DNA of 58,827 nt from an uncultured Gammaproteobacteria bacterium (GTDB taxonomy: Bacteria > Pseudomonadota > Gammaproteobacteria > GCA-001735895). The translations under genes and the position numbers were made by a program. The notes under the pieces are model-generated. The model was given only the letters and a program-made list of their open reading frames with translations, made no database searches and was not told where the DNA came from. Every line of letters begins with the position of its first letter. Positions within the stretch are counted from its first letter, which is position 1. Below are positions 27,078-37,529 of this stretch, in pieces. The stretch covers positions 1-58,827 of the forward strand of contig CALCSG010000507.1 of the NCBI GenBank assembly GCA_937894085.1. The letters run 5' to 3'.

Positions 27078-28112
27078 CTACCTGAACTGAACCCGGGGAT
27101 CGACCGCAGCAACACAGATATCCGACAAAATATTGCCGAATAACTGCAAAATAGCCGAGATAACCAGCACCCCTAACACAATAGGATAATCTCTCTCTAC
27201 GATGGATTCATAGCCTAATAACCCGAGCCCATTGATATTGAAAATTTTCTCTATGAGGAATGAACCACCGATTATTACTGAAATATTGTTACCAAAATGA
27301 GTCGCTATCGGGATCAGACTATTGCGCATGGCATGGCGCGTAATCGCCTGTTTGAAAGGCATACCTTTGGCTATAGCGGTTCGCACATAATCGGCTGCCA
27401 GGTTATCCATCAGTGAATTTTTCATCATAAAGGTCATCACTGCAAAACTGCCAGCAACATAGGCCAGCAGCGGTAATGCTGCATGGTAAAAAATATCGGC
27501 TACCTGCTCCAGTTTACTATCCATGTCTTCAAATTCATCACCATAAAACCCACCCATCGGGAACCATTCAAGATTCGATGCAAACACCACCAGCAAAATT
27601 ATGCCAACTACATAGGAAGGTATGGCATAACCTACAAAAACTACTATTGACGAGGCATGATCAAAATGACTGTTATGCCGTACCGCCTTCATATAACCCA
27701 GCGGAATCGAAATAAAATAGGTGATAAACATGGTCATAATGCCGTAAAAGGCAGACACAGGTAATCGATCCTTGATAGTATCCCAGACCGGATCACTGTA
27801 GCGGGTAGATTCCCCCAGATCTAAATGCACAACTTTAACCAGCCAGTCCCAGTAACTGACCAGAACTGGTTTATCAAAACCGTAATACTCTTCCAGCTGA
27901 CGAATTTGATCTTCATCCAGTGTGGCAGCACCTATGCTGGAACCAACCGATTGTGACATCCCACCCGTCTGCATTGATGCCTGCTGCGCCTCTGCAATCA
28001 TTCTTTCGATCGGACCGCCCGGTACAAAACGGGTAATCACAAATACCAGTATGGTTATTCCTATAAAGGTAGGGACAATCAACAGTAATCGGCGGATAAA
28101 ATATTGAGTCAT
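27078..28112 (-). CDS. yejB: Peptide ABC permease (YejB-like)
   Basis: YFIRRLLLIVPTFIGIT...FVPGGPIERMI, YGFDKP, DYVRTAIAKG, VDPRVQF. Start at ATG 28112. Confidence 0.78.
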   Translation of the reverse strand: MTQYFIRRLLLIVPTFIGITILVFVITRFVPGGPIERMIAEAQQASMQTGGMSQSVGSSIGAATLDEDQIRQLEEYYGFDKPVLVSYWDWLVKVVHLDLGESTRYSDPVWDTIKDRLPVSAFYGIMTMFITYFISIPLGYMKAVRHNSHFDHASSIVVFVGYAIPSYVVGIILLVVFASNLEWFPMGGFYGDEFEDMDSKLEQVADIFYHAALPLLAYVAGSFAVMTFMMKNSLMDNLAADYVRTAIAKGMPFKQAITRHAMRNSLIPIATHFGNNISVIIGGSFLIEKIFNINGLGLLGYESIVERDYPIVLGVLVISAILQLFGNILSDICVAAVDPRVQFR

Positions 28113-28688
28113 CGGTTCTCGAATCAATGTGAAATTGAGTTTTAAATTACCATATCAGGTTTAATCAGAACTGAACTGGTGGGTACAATTTGTGAAAACG
28201 CGAAAGAATAAATATGATTTGTCACAACAACGGAAGGTTACTTATCGCAATAAAACGGTTAACGCTTTAACGTACCCGCTTACAACACGGCTCTAATGTA
28301 ATACTGGTAAATCATTTCACTTAATTTATTCTCGACACTTCCACAAATAACAACTTAGAATTTATCTTAAAATTCATATAAACTACAATTACTCAGAAAG
28401 TTAGCATGTTTGTCTATTTATTTAATATTGTAATTAGCATCTCTTTAAATAACACCTGTTTAAAATTATTTAATTGTATGAATCACTATACACAACATTT
28501 TTTCATATCTGTAGAAAATCAAATTTAGATTGACCCACAGAAATAGTTTTGTCAACTGTTGAACCGTTTTCACAGATGTCATCAAATTACAGTTCTGAAT
28601 GCACCCTCCTGAAAAAGTTTTACGCTCAGGCTCCAGCGGTTTTCAAAACAACTAATTTACACTTAAACCTTAATCCGGAGAGCAATAC

Positions 28689-29477
28689 ATGCAATTCCCA
28701 AGTCTGATACGCCGCCTGATTAGCCCTGCATTAGCAACTCTCCTGCTTTTATTATCCGCCTCGGTAAACGCCGCAGACAAGGTTGATAAAATCATCACAA
28801 ACGAACAGGCACGTACTAACGAATCAGTCGAGTCTCAGGGCAAAATCAATAAAACTCATGATAAAACTGGCGACCTGCTTGCTAATTACAAGAGTCTTTT
28901 TAAAATTGTTGAAGGCCTTGAGGTCTATAACGGTTTACTGCAAAAACAACTGGATGATCAGGACAGCGAACTCACACAGATAGAAACATCAATCAAAGAT
29001 GTCGCATTAATAGAGAGACAGATTATCCCGTTAATGGTTCGCATGATCGATTCTCTGGATCAGTTCGTAAAGCTCGATATCCCATTTTTAAAGGATGAAA
29101 GAACCACAAGAGTTAACCGGTTACACAAGATGATGGAGAAATCGGATGTAACTGCTGCCGAAAAATTCCGTCGGGTGATGGAAGCCTACCAGATTGAAAA
29201 TGATTACGGACGTACTATCGAAGCCTACAGGGGAACCGCCAATGTAGCAGGAAAAGAACGGGAAGTTGATTTTCTGCGTATCGGAAGAACTTCTTTAATT
29301 TATCAGTCAACTAGCAGAGAGCTTACCGGCATGTGGGATCAGGCAAGTAAATCCTGGCAGCAACTGCCCGCTGAAATATATAGAAACCAGGTAACCAGGG
29401 GCCTGAAGATTGCGCGTAAACAAATAGCTCCAGATCTTCTGATGTTACCTGTGCAGGCAGCTGAGGCAGTAAAATGA
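28689..29477 (+). CDS. DUF3450-family periplasmic protein (TtpB-like, TonB2 system)
   Basis: Signal peptide; F..LDIPFLKDER..RV..L, EKFRRVMEAYQIENDYGRTIEAY, FLRIGR. Confidence 0.8.
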   Translation: MQFPSLIRRLISPALATLLLLLSASVNAADKVDKIITNEQARTNESVESQGKINKTHDKTGDLLANYKSLFKIVEGLEVYNGLLQKQLDDQDSELTQIETSIKDVALIERQIIPLMVRMIDSLDQFVKLDIPFLKDERTTRVNRLHKMMEKSDVTAAEKFRRVMEAYQIENDYGRTIEAYRGTANVAGKEREVDFLRIGRTSLIYQSTSRELTGMWDQASKSWQQLPAEIYRNQVTRGLKIARKQIAPDLLMLPVQAAEAVK

Positions 29478-30856
29478 ATACATTGCAATTACTGTCCCTG
29501 CTTCCAACAATCATTCTGACTAGCATTTTGAGCACAGCCCAGGCAGCAGAAACCCTGTCGCTGGATGACCTGTTAAACCAGATCTCTCAAGGCAGAATCA
29601 GCGACTCTATAGAAAACAAACAACGTGAAGCACGTTTTATAACAGAAAAAAACAACCAGCAAAAACTGTTGAAAGAGATAAAAGCCCGGCAGAAAGCACT
29701 GGAAAAACAGAGTACAGAAATGGAACAGCAGTTTGATGCCAAAGAAGCTGAAATAGCCAGACAAACTGACCTTCTAAAAAACCGACTGGGTTCTTTAAAG
29801 GAATTATTCGGTGTACTGCAGCAATCTGCCGGAGATGCCAGAGGACAATTTGAAAACTCTGTTACCCAGATACAGTACCCTGAAAGAAGCCAGTTTTTAA
29901 CAGAACTGGTTGAAAAAATGGGGACTAGCAGCAAACTGGCATCTATTGAAGATATCGAAAAGCTGTGGTTTGAACTACAACGTGAAATGACCGAAAGTGG
30001 TCGCGTGGTAAAATTTAACACCGAAATAACTACCGCCGGTGGTGACAGGTTAAAAAAGCAGGTAACTCGAATCGGCGTATTTAACCTGGTTGCTGATGGT
30101 AAGTACCTGAGTTATGTTGCAGAAACCGGACGAGTTATTGAATTACCGCGTCAACCTGAATCACGTTTTCTGGAATCTATAGAGCAACTGGAATCAGGCT
30201 CCGGCGGTATTACCCCGGTTGGTATAGATCCTTCGCGCGGCCAGATCCTGTCTCTGCTGGTGCAATCACCATCCTTGCGCGAACGCATCGAACAGGGTGG
30301 AGTCGTTGGTTACATCATCATCGGTCTGGGAGCACTAGCCCTGTTAATCGTAGTGGAAAGATTACTGGTATTAACGGTTACCGGTATTCAGGTTCGTTTG
30401 CAAATGCGTAAAGTTGACATCCCCAACCCCGGTAACCCGTTAGGTCGTATTCTTGCTGTGTATCATGATAATCCTGAAACCGATGTAGAAACGCTTGAAC
30501 TAAAACTGGGGGAGGCCCTGCTGCGTGAAACACCGCGTCTGGGTCGCCGCGTAATGTTACTCAAAATTATTGCTGCTGTAGCGCCGTTACTCGGTCTACT
30601 GGGCACGGTAACCGGTATGATTATCACTTTTCAGGCCATCACATTATTTGGAACCGGTGATCCAAAACTAATGGCAGGTGGAATCTCTCAGGCACTGGTA
30701 ACGACGGTTCTTGGACTTTGTGTCGCCATCCCGACGGTGTTATTGCACACTCTGGTAGCAAGTCGCTCCAAAAATATTATGCAGGTTCTTGAAGAACAGG
30801 CGTCCGGCATGATTGCCAGCCATGCTGAAGTCAATAATAACCCGTCTAAAGCTTAA
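29474..30856 (+). CDS. ttpC: TtpC-type MotA/TolQ/ExbB protein with large periplasmic N-domain
   Basis: Coiled-coil N-terminus, DPSRG..L, APLLGLLGTVTGMI..F, MAGGISQALVTT.LGL. Confidence 0.8.
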   Translation: MNTLQLLSLLPTIILTSILSTAQAAETLSLDDLLNQISQGRISDSIENKQREARFITEKNNQQKLLKEIKARQKALEKQSTEMEQQFDAKEAEIARQTDLLKNRLGSLKELFGVLQQSAGDARGQFENSVTQIQYPERSQFLTELVEKMGTSSKLASIEDIEKLWFELQREMTESGRVVKFNTEITTAGGDRLKKQVTRIGVFNLVADGKYLSYVAETGRVIELPRQPESRFLESIEQLESGSGGITPVGIDPSRGQILSLLVQSPSLRERIEQGGVVGYIIIGLGALALLIVVERLLVLTVTGIQVRLQMRKVDIPNPGNPLGRILAVYHDNPETDVETLELKLGEALLRETPRLGRRVMLLKIIAAVAPLLGLLGTVTGMIITFQAITLFGTGDPKLMAGGISQALVTTVLGLCVAIPTVLLHTLVASRSKNIMQVLEEQASGMIASHAEVNNNPSKA

Positions 30857-30858
30857 TC

Positions 30859-31395
30859 ATGCAAAACCTGATTACAGAGTTTTATACCATACTTGAAGCT
30901 GTTCGAGACTTCCTCGAATTAGGGGGACCGGTATTATCATGGATTGTTTTACTAGGTCTGCTGCTGTGGATGTTTATGATCGAACGTCTACTTTACCTGT
31001 TTTTTTCTCATCGCATAGCATTGCGTGAAGTGATTGCAACATGGGAAGCCCGTGCAGATCATAGCAGCTGGTATGCTCATCAGGTTAGAGACCAGTTAAT
31101 TTCACAGGCTTCAATGAAGCTGGAGAAAAATCTGCCAATAATTAAAACGCTGGTAGTGCTTTGTCCCCTTATGGGTTTACTGGGAACTGTGACAGGCATG
31201 ATAGAAGTTTTTGACGTCATGGCAATTTCGGGAACAGGAAATGCACGCTCTTTGGCAGCAGGTGTTTCCAAAGCAACTGTACCCACTATGGCAGGCATGG
31301 TGATCGCACTGTCGGGTGTATTTCTCAGTTCCTGGTTACAGAAAAAGGCTAGTCATTACCGTGAATTGCTCGGTGAAAAAATGACTTTTATTTAA
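30859..31395 (+). CDS. exbB: ExbB (TonB2 type)
   Basis: GGPVL, CPLMGLLGTVTGMIEVF, AAGVSKATVPTMAGM. Confidence 0.88.
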   Translation: MQNLITEFYTILEAVRDFLELGGPVLSWIVLLGLLLWMFMIERLLYLFFSHRIALREVIATWEARADHSSWYAHQVRDQLISQASMKLEKNLPIIKTLVVLCPLMGLLGTVTGMIEVFDVMAISGTGNARSLAAGVSKATVPTMAGMVIALSGVFLSSWLQKKASHYRELLGEKMTFI

Positions 31396-31470
31396 ATAGC
31401 AAAAACAGATAAATATTATGGCCTGAAATATGAATCACTATTCAGGCGACTCAATAAAAAGAGCACAAAA

Positions 31471-31881
31471 ATGCGTAAACGTTTTTCGAATGTAAACAGT
31501 AATGACGATGAAGCAGATATCGACATCACACCGATGCTGGATGTTGTCTTTATCATGTTGATATTTTTTATCGTGACATCCACTTTTATAAAAGAATCCG
31601 GAATTGATGTCAATCGGCCACAGGCAGCAACAGCGACCAAACAGGCCAAGGCTAATATTTTAATAGCTATTAATGACAGTAATGAAATATGGATCGACAG
31701 GAGACAGGTCGATATACGCTCTGTCAGACCTAATATAGAAAGACTACATGCTGAAAACCCTCAGGGTTCAGTCGTTATCCAGGCGGATAAAGAATCAAAA
31801 ACAGACACTTTAATAAAAGTCATGGATGCTGCGAGGCAGGCGGGCGTTTTTAACGTTTCAATTGCTGCTCAGGAGCAGTAA
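31471..31881 (+). CDS. exbD: ExbD
   Basis: IDITPMLDVVFIMLIFFIVT (conserved TM Asp), VVIQAD, VMDAARQAG. Confidence 0.92.
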   Translation: MRKRFSNVNSNDDEADIDITPMLDVVFIMLIFFIVTSTFIKESGIDVNRPQAATATKQAKANILIAINDSNEIWIDRRQVDIRSVRPNIERLHAENPQGSVVIQADKESKTDTLIKVMDAARQAGVFNVSIAAQEQ

Positions 31882-31885
31882 GTTA

Positions 31886-32506
31886 ATGCTAGCTGCATTT
31901 CGTTATATGATTGCCATACTGCTTGCTATTGCGGTCACGTTCGGCCTGACTTATTCCATGCAATACCTGATAACGAATAGCAGTAAAGAGTTAAATGACT
32001 CAAGTTCTGGTCATATAGTCGATTTCGTACGTATAAAACGTGAAGAGATTATAAAAAGAAAACAGAGAAAACCGGAAAAACCTCCACAACCCGAGACACC
32101 ACCACCTGAACCCCCGCTACCGCAAATAAAAAATGACAACCCTTCAGCTGAAAAAATCATGCTCGCTAAAATTCCTGTTGCTACAGATATCAATATGACT
32201 GCCGGTGGGATCAGTCTCACACCGGGAGATGCTGAGTACTTACCAATCGTCAAAGTAGCGCCATTATACCCACGTAGAGCTTTACAGAGAGGTATTGAAG
32301 GCTATGTACTGGTTGAATTTACGGTAACCAGACAAGGTAGCACCAGAGACATCAAAGTGATTGAGTCTAAACCCTCATCATCTTTATTTCATTCAGCTGC
32401 AATAAAAGCTACCGCCAAATTTAAATACAAACCCAGAACTGTAGATGGCAAAGCCATTGAAGTAGCGGGAGTAAAAAATAAGATCATCTTCAGGTTGGAA
32501 AAATAA
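31886..32506 (+). CDS. tonB: TonB (short, TonB2 type)
   Basis: N-terminal TM, Pro-rich KPEKPPQPETPPPEPP, P.YPRRA...GIEGYV.VEF, KFKYKP. Start at ATG 31886. Confidence 0.88.
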   Translation: MLAAFRYMIAILLAIAVTFGLTYSMQYLITNSSKELNDSSSGHIVDFVRIKREEIIKRKQRKPEKPPQPETPPPEPPLPQIKNDNPSAEKIMLAKIPVATDINMTAGGISLTPGDAEYLPIVKVAPLYPRRALQRGIEGYVLVEFTVTRQGSTRDIKVIESKPSSSLFHSAAIKATAKFKYKPRTVDGKAIEVAGVKNKIIFRLEK

Positions 32507-33828
32507 TGAACAAAATGATTATGTTCATTATTTCAGTCTACCCTGTATTAAACAAAATACTGCTACCAGTATTCCTAAGCATCATGCTATTAATCGTGAG
32601 TAGCAACTATTCATCCGATATTCAGGCTAGCAGTCACAAAACTGATCAAAAACAAAACTCTAAAGCGCCGTTAATTCGACAAAAAATCTATCAAAAGTTA
32701 AGCACGGCTCAGCAATTAGTACAAAATAAAAAATACCGGGAAGCCACAGATATTCTCGATCAAATCAAAGATGATCGTCGATTAAATAGCACAGAGCTGG
32801 CACAACTCTGGAACTTTTACGCTTTTATATATTTTTCTCAGGATCTATACCCACAGGCAATCGAAGCTTATGAAACCCTGTTAGCGCAACCAGAACTGCA
32901 AGCGGGTATAAAAACCAGCACCTTATATACCTTAAGCCAGCTTAATTTTATGACCGAAAATTATGCTCAGGCCCTGGCCCGAATTCAACAATGGATAGCG
33001 TTGTCAGAACAACCTTCGGCTGACGCTTATGCATTACTGGGACAGGCATACTACAAACTGGAACAATTTAAAAATGCTATTAGCTCTTTAAATACAGCAA
33101 TTGCTGTTAGCAGGACGTCGGGGAAGATGGTAAAAGAGAACTGGTATCTGTTACTCAGGGCTAGTCACTACGAATTAAAAGACTATAAGAGTATGGCATT
33201 TGTGCTGAAAGAATTAGTTTCAATATATCCCAAACCACAATATTTCAAAGACCTTGCTGGTGCATATAGCCAGCTGGGCGATACAACAAAACAATTGGCT
33301 ATTATGGAAACGATGTATGAAAAAGGGCAGTTAAATAGAGCATCTGAAATAAAAAATCTTGCCAGTTTATTGCTGATCCATGAAGTACCTTACAAAGCTG
33401 CAAAAATTATTGATAAAGCTATTACAGACGGCATATTGAAAAAAACCGCAAAGAACTATGAGTTACTCTCCCAGTCGTGGATTCAGGCTCGTGAAGATAA
33501 ACGGGCCATTGAACCATTAACTAAAGCAGCCAGACTCTCTGATCAGGGAGAACCCTGGATAAAATTGAGTAGAGCCTATATCAATCTCGATCAGTGGCCG
33601 CAGGCAGTACAATCTCTGGAACATGGACTTCAGAAAAAAGGCGTAAAGCAAGCGGATTCCAGTTATATTTTATTAGGCATGAGTTACTATAATCTGAAGC
33701 AACTGAAAAAAGCCATGCAGGCATTCAGCAAAGCTCAACAGATCAGTAAAAACAAACATAATAAAAACACCGCAAGCCAGTGGATAAAGTATCTGCAGAC
33801 TGAAATTCAAAGAGCAGCATCTAGCTGA
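32506..33828 (+). CDS. Periplasmic TPR protein (TtpD-like)
   Basis: Signal/TM N-terminus and repeated TPR-like helices; last gene of the ttpC-exbBD-tonB operon. Confidence 0.75.
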   Translation: MNKMIMFIISVYPVLNKILLPVFLSIMLLIVSSNYSSDIQASSHKTDQKQNSKAPLIRQKIYQKLSTAQQLVQNKKYREATDILDQIKDDRRLNSTELAQLWNFYAFIYFSQDLYPQAIEAYETLLAQPELQAGIKTSTLYTLSQLNFMTENYAQALARIQQWIALSEQPSADAYALLGQAYYKLEQFKNAISSLNTAIAVSRTSGKMVKENWYLLLRASHYELKDYKSMAFVLKELVSIYPKPQYFKDLAGAYSQLGDTTKQLAIMETMYEKGQLNRASEIKNLASLLLIHEVPYKAAKIIDKAITDGILKKTAKNYELLSQSWIQAREDKRAIEPLTKAARLSDQGEPWIKLSRAYINLDQWPQAVQSLEHGLQKKGVKQADSSYILLGMSYYNLKQLKKAMQAFSKAQQISKNKHNKNTASQWIKYLQTEIQRAASS

Positions 33829-33929
33829 AAATTAGCTCATATTGCTCAAAAAATGGTAACTTGCTCATTCAGCTGGCATATTTAGCGGGCTGTGCACGTA
33901 CAGCTTAAATAAATTTACAACCGAGGATT

Positions 33930-35555
33930 TTGATGAAAACGTTTCCCACTTTATTTGCTGTTTTTATTTTCAGCTCAGTGTTAGCCTGTAGTGCTGCCCT
34001 GGCCACCGCTAAAATTCACCCTGTAACTGGAGAGGCTCTGGCTGAAGATCAGACATTCATCTATCGTGAACTGGATGAATTTCCATCTTTTGACCCGCAA
34101 TTAATTGAAAGTGTAAGCGAAGCCGCTGTAGTGCGAGATCTTTTTGAAGGACTATTCAACCAGACACCTGAAGGAACTTTAACGCCCGCTATGGCCCTAC
34201 GCTGGGAAACCAATGATACTAAAAACGTTTACACCTTTTACCTTCGACAAAATGCCAAATGGTCAAATGGTGATCCGGTGACAGCGCATGACTTTGTGTA
34301 TGCCTGGCAACGCCTGGTTGACCCGAAACTGGCCTCACCTTATTCCAGCTACATGGAGCTAATGTCAGTTAAAAATGCCTCTGATATCATAAAAGGAAAC
34401 AAACCACCCTCTACACTCGGCGTAAAAGCAATTGATGATTTTACATTTCAGGCAGAACTGTCTGACTCCCTGCCCTATTTCCCGACCATGCTGACGCATG
34501 CCTCTACCATGCCGGTACCCACAAAGGTTGTAGAAAAATTAGGCGATCAGTGGACAAAACCGGGAAACATGGTTGGCAATGGTGCGTATGTATTAACACA
34601 ACATGTGATTAATGAACGACTCGTTCGGGTTCGTAATCCATTCTACTGGAACAATGAAAACACCATTATTGATAAAGTTATTACATTGATCATAAATGAT
34701 GATAACCAGGCATTTCAACGTTATCAGGCAAATGAAGTTGATAAAACCGATGTGCCGACCGGACAGTACAAGCGTCAGAAAAAGCAACGACCCGATGAAA
34801 CTTTTTCTAATCCAAGACTGTGTAGCTATTACTATGCCTATAACATGAGTAAAGCACCCTACAATGACATTCGGGTCAGAAAAGCGCTTAGTTATACCAT
34901 CGACAGAGACATTATCACTAAAAATATTCTGGCAGCCGGGCAGATCCCTGCTTATACCTTTACCCCGGGTTCCACCGCAAATTTTCAGGTGCCCGATGTG
35001 GACTCTGCCAAAATGGACCAGAAACAACGCATTGCCAAAGCTAAAGAGTTAATGGCTGAAGCCGGATATGGTCCTGACAATCCTCTCAAACCCACCATTT
35101 TGTATAACACTTCAGAAGGGCATAAAAAAATAGCTATCGCAATTAGTCAAATGTGGAAACAAAGCCTTGGGGTTCTCGCCACGCTGGAAAATCAGGAATG
35201 GAAAACTTATGTGAATAACCGCCAACAGGGCAATTTTGAAATCGCCCGGGCCTCCTGGTGTGGAGACTATAACGAAGCTTCTACATTTCTGGATGTATTA
35301 CGTTCAGACTCAGATCAAAACCATAGTCACTATGCAAATTCGACTATCGACAGATTACTTTCCGAAGCTAAAACCATGTCTGACCCCAATCCAAATTACA
35401 GCAGAATAGAAGAAATTATTGCTGAAGAAGCTGCAATCGCTCCCATCTATCACTACACCAACGTCATCATGCTCAAGCCTTATGTTAAGGGCTGGCCGCA
35501 TCAAAATGTAGAAAACAGATGGTATAGTAAAAATATTTATATCACGGCTCATTAG
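33930..35555 (+). CDS. oppA: Oligopeptide-binding protein OppA
   Basis: SFDPQL, LFEGL, YTFYLRQNAKWSNGDPVTAHDFVYAWQRLVDP, VGNGAY, RASWCGDYNEASTFL. Confidence 0.92.
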   Translation: MMKTFPTLFAVFIFSSVLACSAALATAKIHPVTGEALAEDQTFIYRELDEFPSFDPQLIESVSEAAVVRDLFEGLFNQTPEGTLTPAMALRWETNDTKNVYTFYLRQNAKWSNGDPVTAHDFVYAWQRLVDPKLASPYSSYMELMSVKNASDIIKGNKPPSTLGVKAIDDFTFQAELSDSLPYFPTMLTHASTMPVPTKVVEKLGDQWTKPGNMVGNGAYVLTQHVINERLVRVRNPFYWNNENTIIDKVITLIINDDNQAFQRYQANEVDKTDVPTGQYKRQKKQRPDETFSNPRLCSYYYAYNMSKAPYNDIRVRKALSYTIDRDIITKNILAAGQIPAYTFTPGSTANFQVPDVDSAKMDQKQRIAKAKELMAEAGYGPDNPLKPTILYNTSEGHKKIAIAISQMWKQSLGVLATLENQEWKTYVNNRQQGNFEIARASWCGDYNEASTFLDVLRSDSDQNHSHYANSTIDRLLSEAKTMSDPNPNYSRIEEIIAEEAAIAPIYHYTNVIMLKPYVKGWPHQNVENRWYSKNIYITAH

Positions 35556-35661
35556 GTTTCCTGAAAGCTCTGTTTAGAATATATTCCGGCTCATTGAATT
35601 ACCGTGTTTATTCAATGAGCCGTAGAATCTTTTTTGATACCTATAATCAAAGCAACCATCA

Positions 35662-36585
35662 ATGTTAAATTTCATCATTAGAAGACTGCTTATTGCCATA
35701 CCGACGATCCTGATCATCATATTACTTTCTTTTTTGTTGATGCATTCAGCACCCGGTGGACCATTTAGCGCAGAACGCAGTTTACCAGCTGAAGTACTGG
35801 CCAATATTGAACACAAATATGGCATGGATAAACCAGTTATTGAACAGATGGCCAGGTATCTGTGGGGTATACTCACCGAATTTGATTTTGGCCCTTCCTT
35901 TAAATATAAAAATCAAAGCGTAAATGATCTGATCGCCAGTGGATTTCCAGTCACTCTGACCTATGGTATCTGGTCATTTATATTTGCCAGCCTGATCGGG
36001 GTCACACTGGGAGTTATTGCTGCGTTAAAACATAATACCTGGCTGGATTACCTGGCCACTGGAGGCGCTATCATTGGCTCTGTACTACCTAACTTTGTAA
36101 TGGCTCCATTATTAGTGCTATTGTTTAGCGTGTACCTTAACTGGTTACCAGGTGGTGGCTGGGAAGGTGGAAAAATTCAGTTCGTTATATTACCGGTTAT
36201 TGCACTGGCCACCAGTTACCTGGCCGGTATTGCCCGTATTACCCGTTCATCCATGCTGGAGGTATTGAACTCAAATTTTATCCGAACAGCTAAAGCCAAA
36301 GGCCTGCCAAATCATTACATCATCCTGCATCATGCTTTAAAACCTGCAATGCTGCCTGTCTTAACGTCACTAGGGCTTTCTTTCGTAGGCATGATCACCG
36401 GTTCCGTGATTATCGATCAGTACTTCAGTACCGGCGGAATCGGTCAGCATTTTGTGAATGCCGCTCTGAATAGAGATTACTCGGTCATTATGGGGGTCAC
36501 TATACTGGTAGGCAGCTTAACTATTTTATTTAATCTGCTTGTAGAAGTCCTGTATGCCTGGATCGATCCCAGAATTCGTTATTAA
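35662..36585 (+). CDS. oppB: Oligopeptide permease OppB
   Basis: APGGPF..ER, DFGPSFKY, FIRTAKAKGL, IDPRIRY. Confidence 0.93.
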   Translation: MLNFIIRRLLIAIPTILIIILLSFLLMHSAPGGPFSAERSLPAEVLANIEHKYGMDKPVIEQMARYLWGILTEFDFGPSFKYKNQSVNDLIASGFPVTLTYGIWSFIFASLIGVTLGVIAALKHNTWLDYLATGGAIIGSVLPNFVMAPLLVLLFSVYLNWLPGGGWEGGKIQFVILPVIALATSYLAGIARITRSSMLEVLNSNFIRTAKAKGLPNHYIILHHALKPAMLPVLTSLGLSFVGMITGSVIIDQYFSTGGIGQHFVNAALNRDYSVIMGVTILVGSLTILFNLLVEVLYAWIDPRIRY

Positions 36586-36596
36586 CAAAACATCTT

Positions 36597-37526
36597 ATGT
36601 ATATCGATAATAAAAAAGTTCAGGATCTGGCAGACAGGCTATCCTCTTCCGCTGAAATACAGGGACGCTCACTCTGGCAGGATGCCAGACACCGCTTTTT
36701 AAAAAATAAAGCAGCCATGATCAGCCTGATCACTTTAACAATCATCGTGATTTTCTCTATCACTGGCTCTGCTATTTCTCCGTGGAATTTTGAAGAAATT
36801 GACTGGGATGCGATGAGTGATGTGCCAACGCTGGGAGTCCCCAGCATTCAAAGCGGGCATTATTTCGGCACAGACGCTCTTGGCAGAGATCTTTATTCAC
36901 GGGTCATCCAGGGTACCCAGATATCATTAATGGTAGGCCTTATCGGTTCCTTTATCGCGGTTATTGTTGGTACTCTTTACGGTGCCACAGCCGGTTATTT
37001 AGGGGGGCGAATAGATGGAGTGATGATGCGTACCGTTGATATTTTGATGGCTATACCATTCATGTTTGTTTTAATTTTACTGATGGTCATGTTCGGTCGT
37101 TCAATCTACATGATTTTCATAGGTATCGGCCTGCTGTCCTGGCTCGATATGTCGCGTATTATAAGAGGTCAGACTCTTTCTCTGAAAAATAAAGAATTTA
37201 TTGAGGCGGCCGTTGCCACCGGCGTTAAACCTCTAACCATCATAACCCGTCACATTGTACCGAATGTGCTCGGTATCGTGGTTGTATATGCCACCCTGCT
37301 GATTCCCGGCATGATCATGACCGAATCTTTCATATCATTCCTCGGACTCGGTGTACAGGAACCGCAAACCTCCTGGGGAGCCCTCATAAATGAAGGGGCA
37401 AAAACCATCCAGCATGGCACCTTATGGCAATTACTTTTTCCACTGTCCTTTTTTATTGTAACTTTGCTAAGCTTCTTTTTTATCGGCGATGGCTTACGTG
37501 ATGCACTTGACCCGAAGGATCGTTAA
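36597..37526 (+). CDS. oppC: Oligopeptide permease OppC
   Basis: GRSLWQDARHRF..NKAA, FGTDALGRD, EFIEAA, GDGLRDALDPKDR. Confidence 0.93.
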   Translation: MYIDNKKVQDLADRLSSSAEIQGRSLWQDARHRFLKNKAAMISLITLTIIVIFSITGSAISPWNFEEIDWDAMSDVPTLGVPSIQSGHYFGTDALGRDLYSRVIQGTQISLMVGLIGSFIAVIVGTLYGATAGYLGGRIDGVMMRTVDILMAIPFMFVLILLMVMFGRSIYMIFIGIGLLSWLDMSRIIRGQTLSLKNKEFIEAAVATGVKPLTIITRHIVPNVLGIVVVYATLLIPGMIMTESFISFLGLGVQEPQTSWGALINEGAKTIQHGTLWQLLFPLSFFIVTLLSFFFIGDGLRDALDPKDR

Positions 37527-37529
37527 CTG

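Noticed and set aside
28128-28688. Fur box, cobalamin riboswitch or FNR site upstream of the TonB2 operon
   Set aside because: No GATAATGAT-type 19-mer or B12-box core was recognised. The TTGAC...GTCAA pair near 28530-28555 has a 16-bp spacer, not 4.
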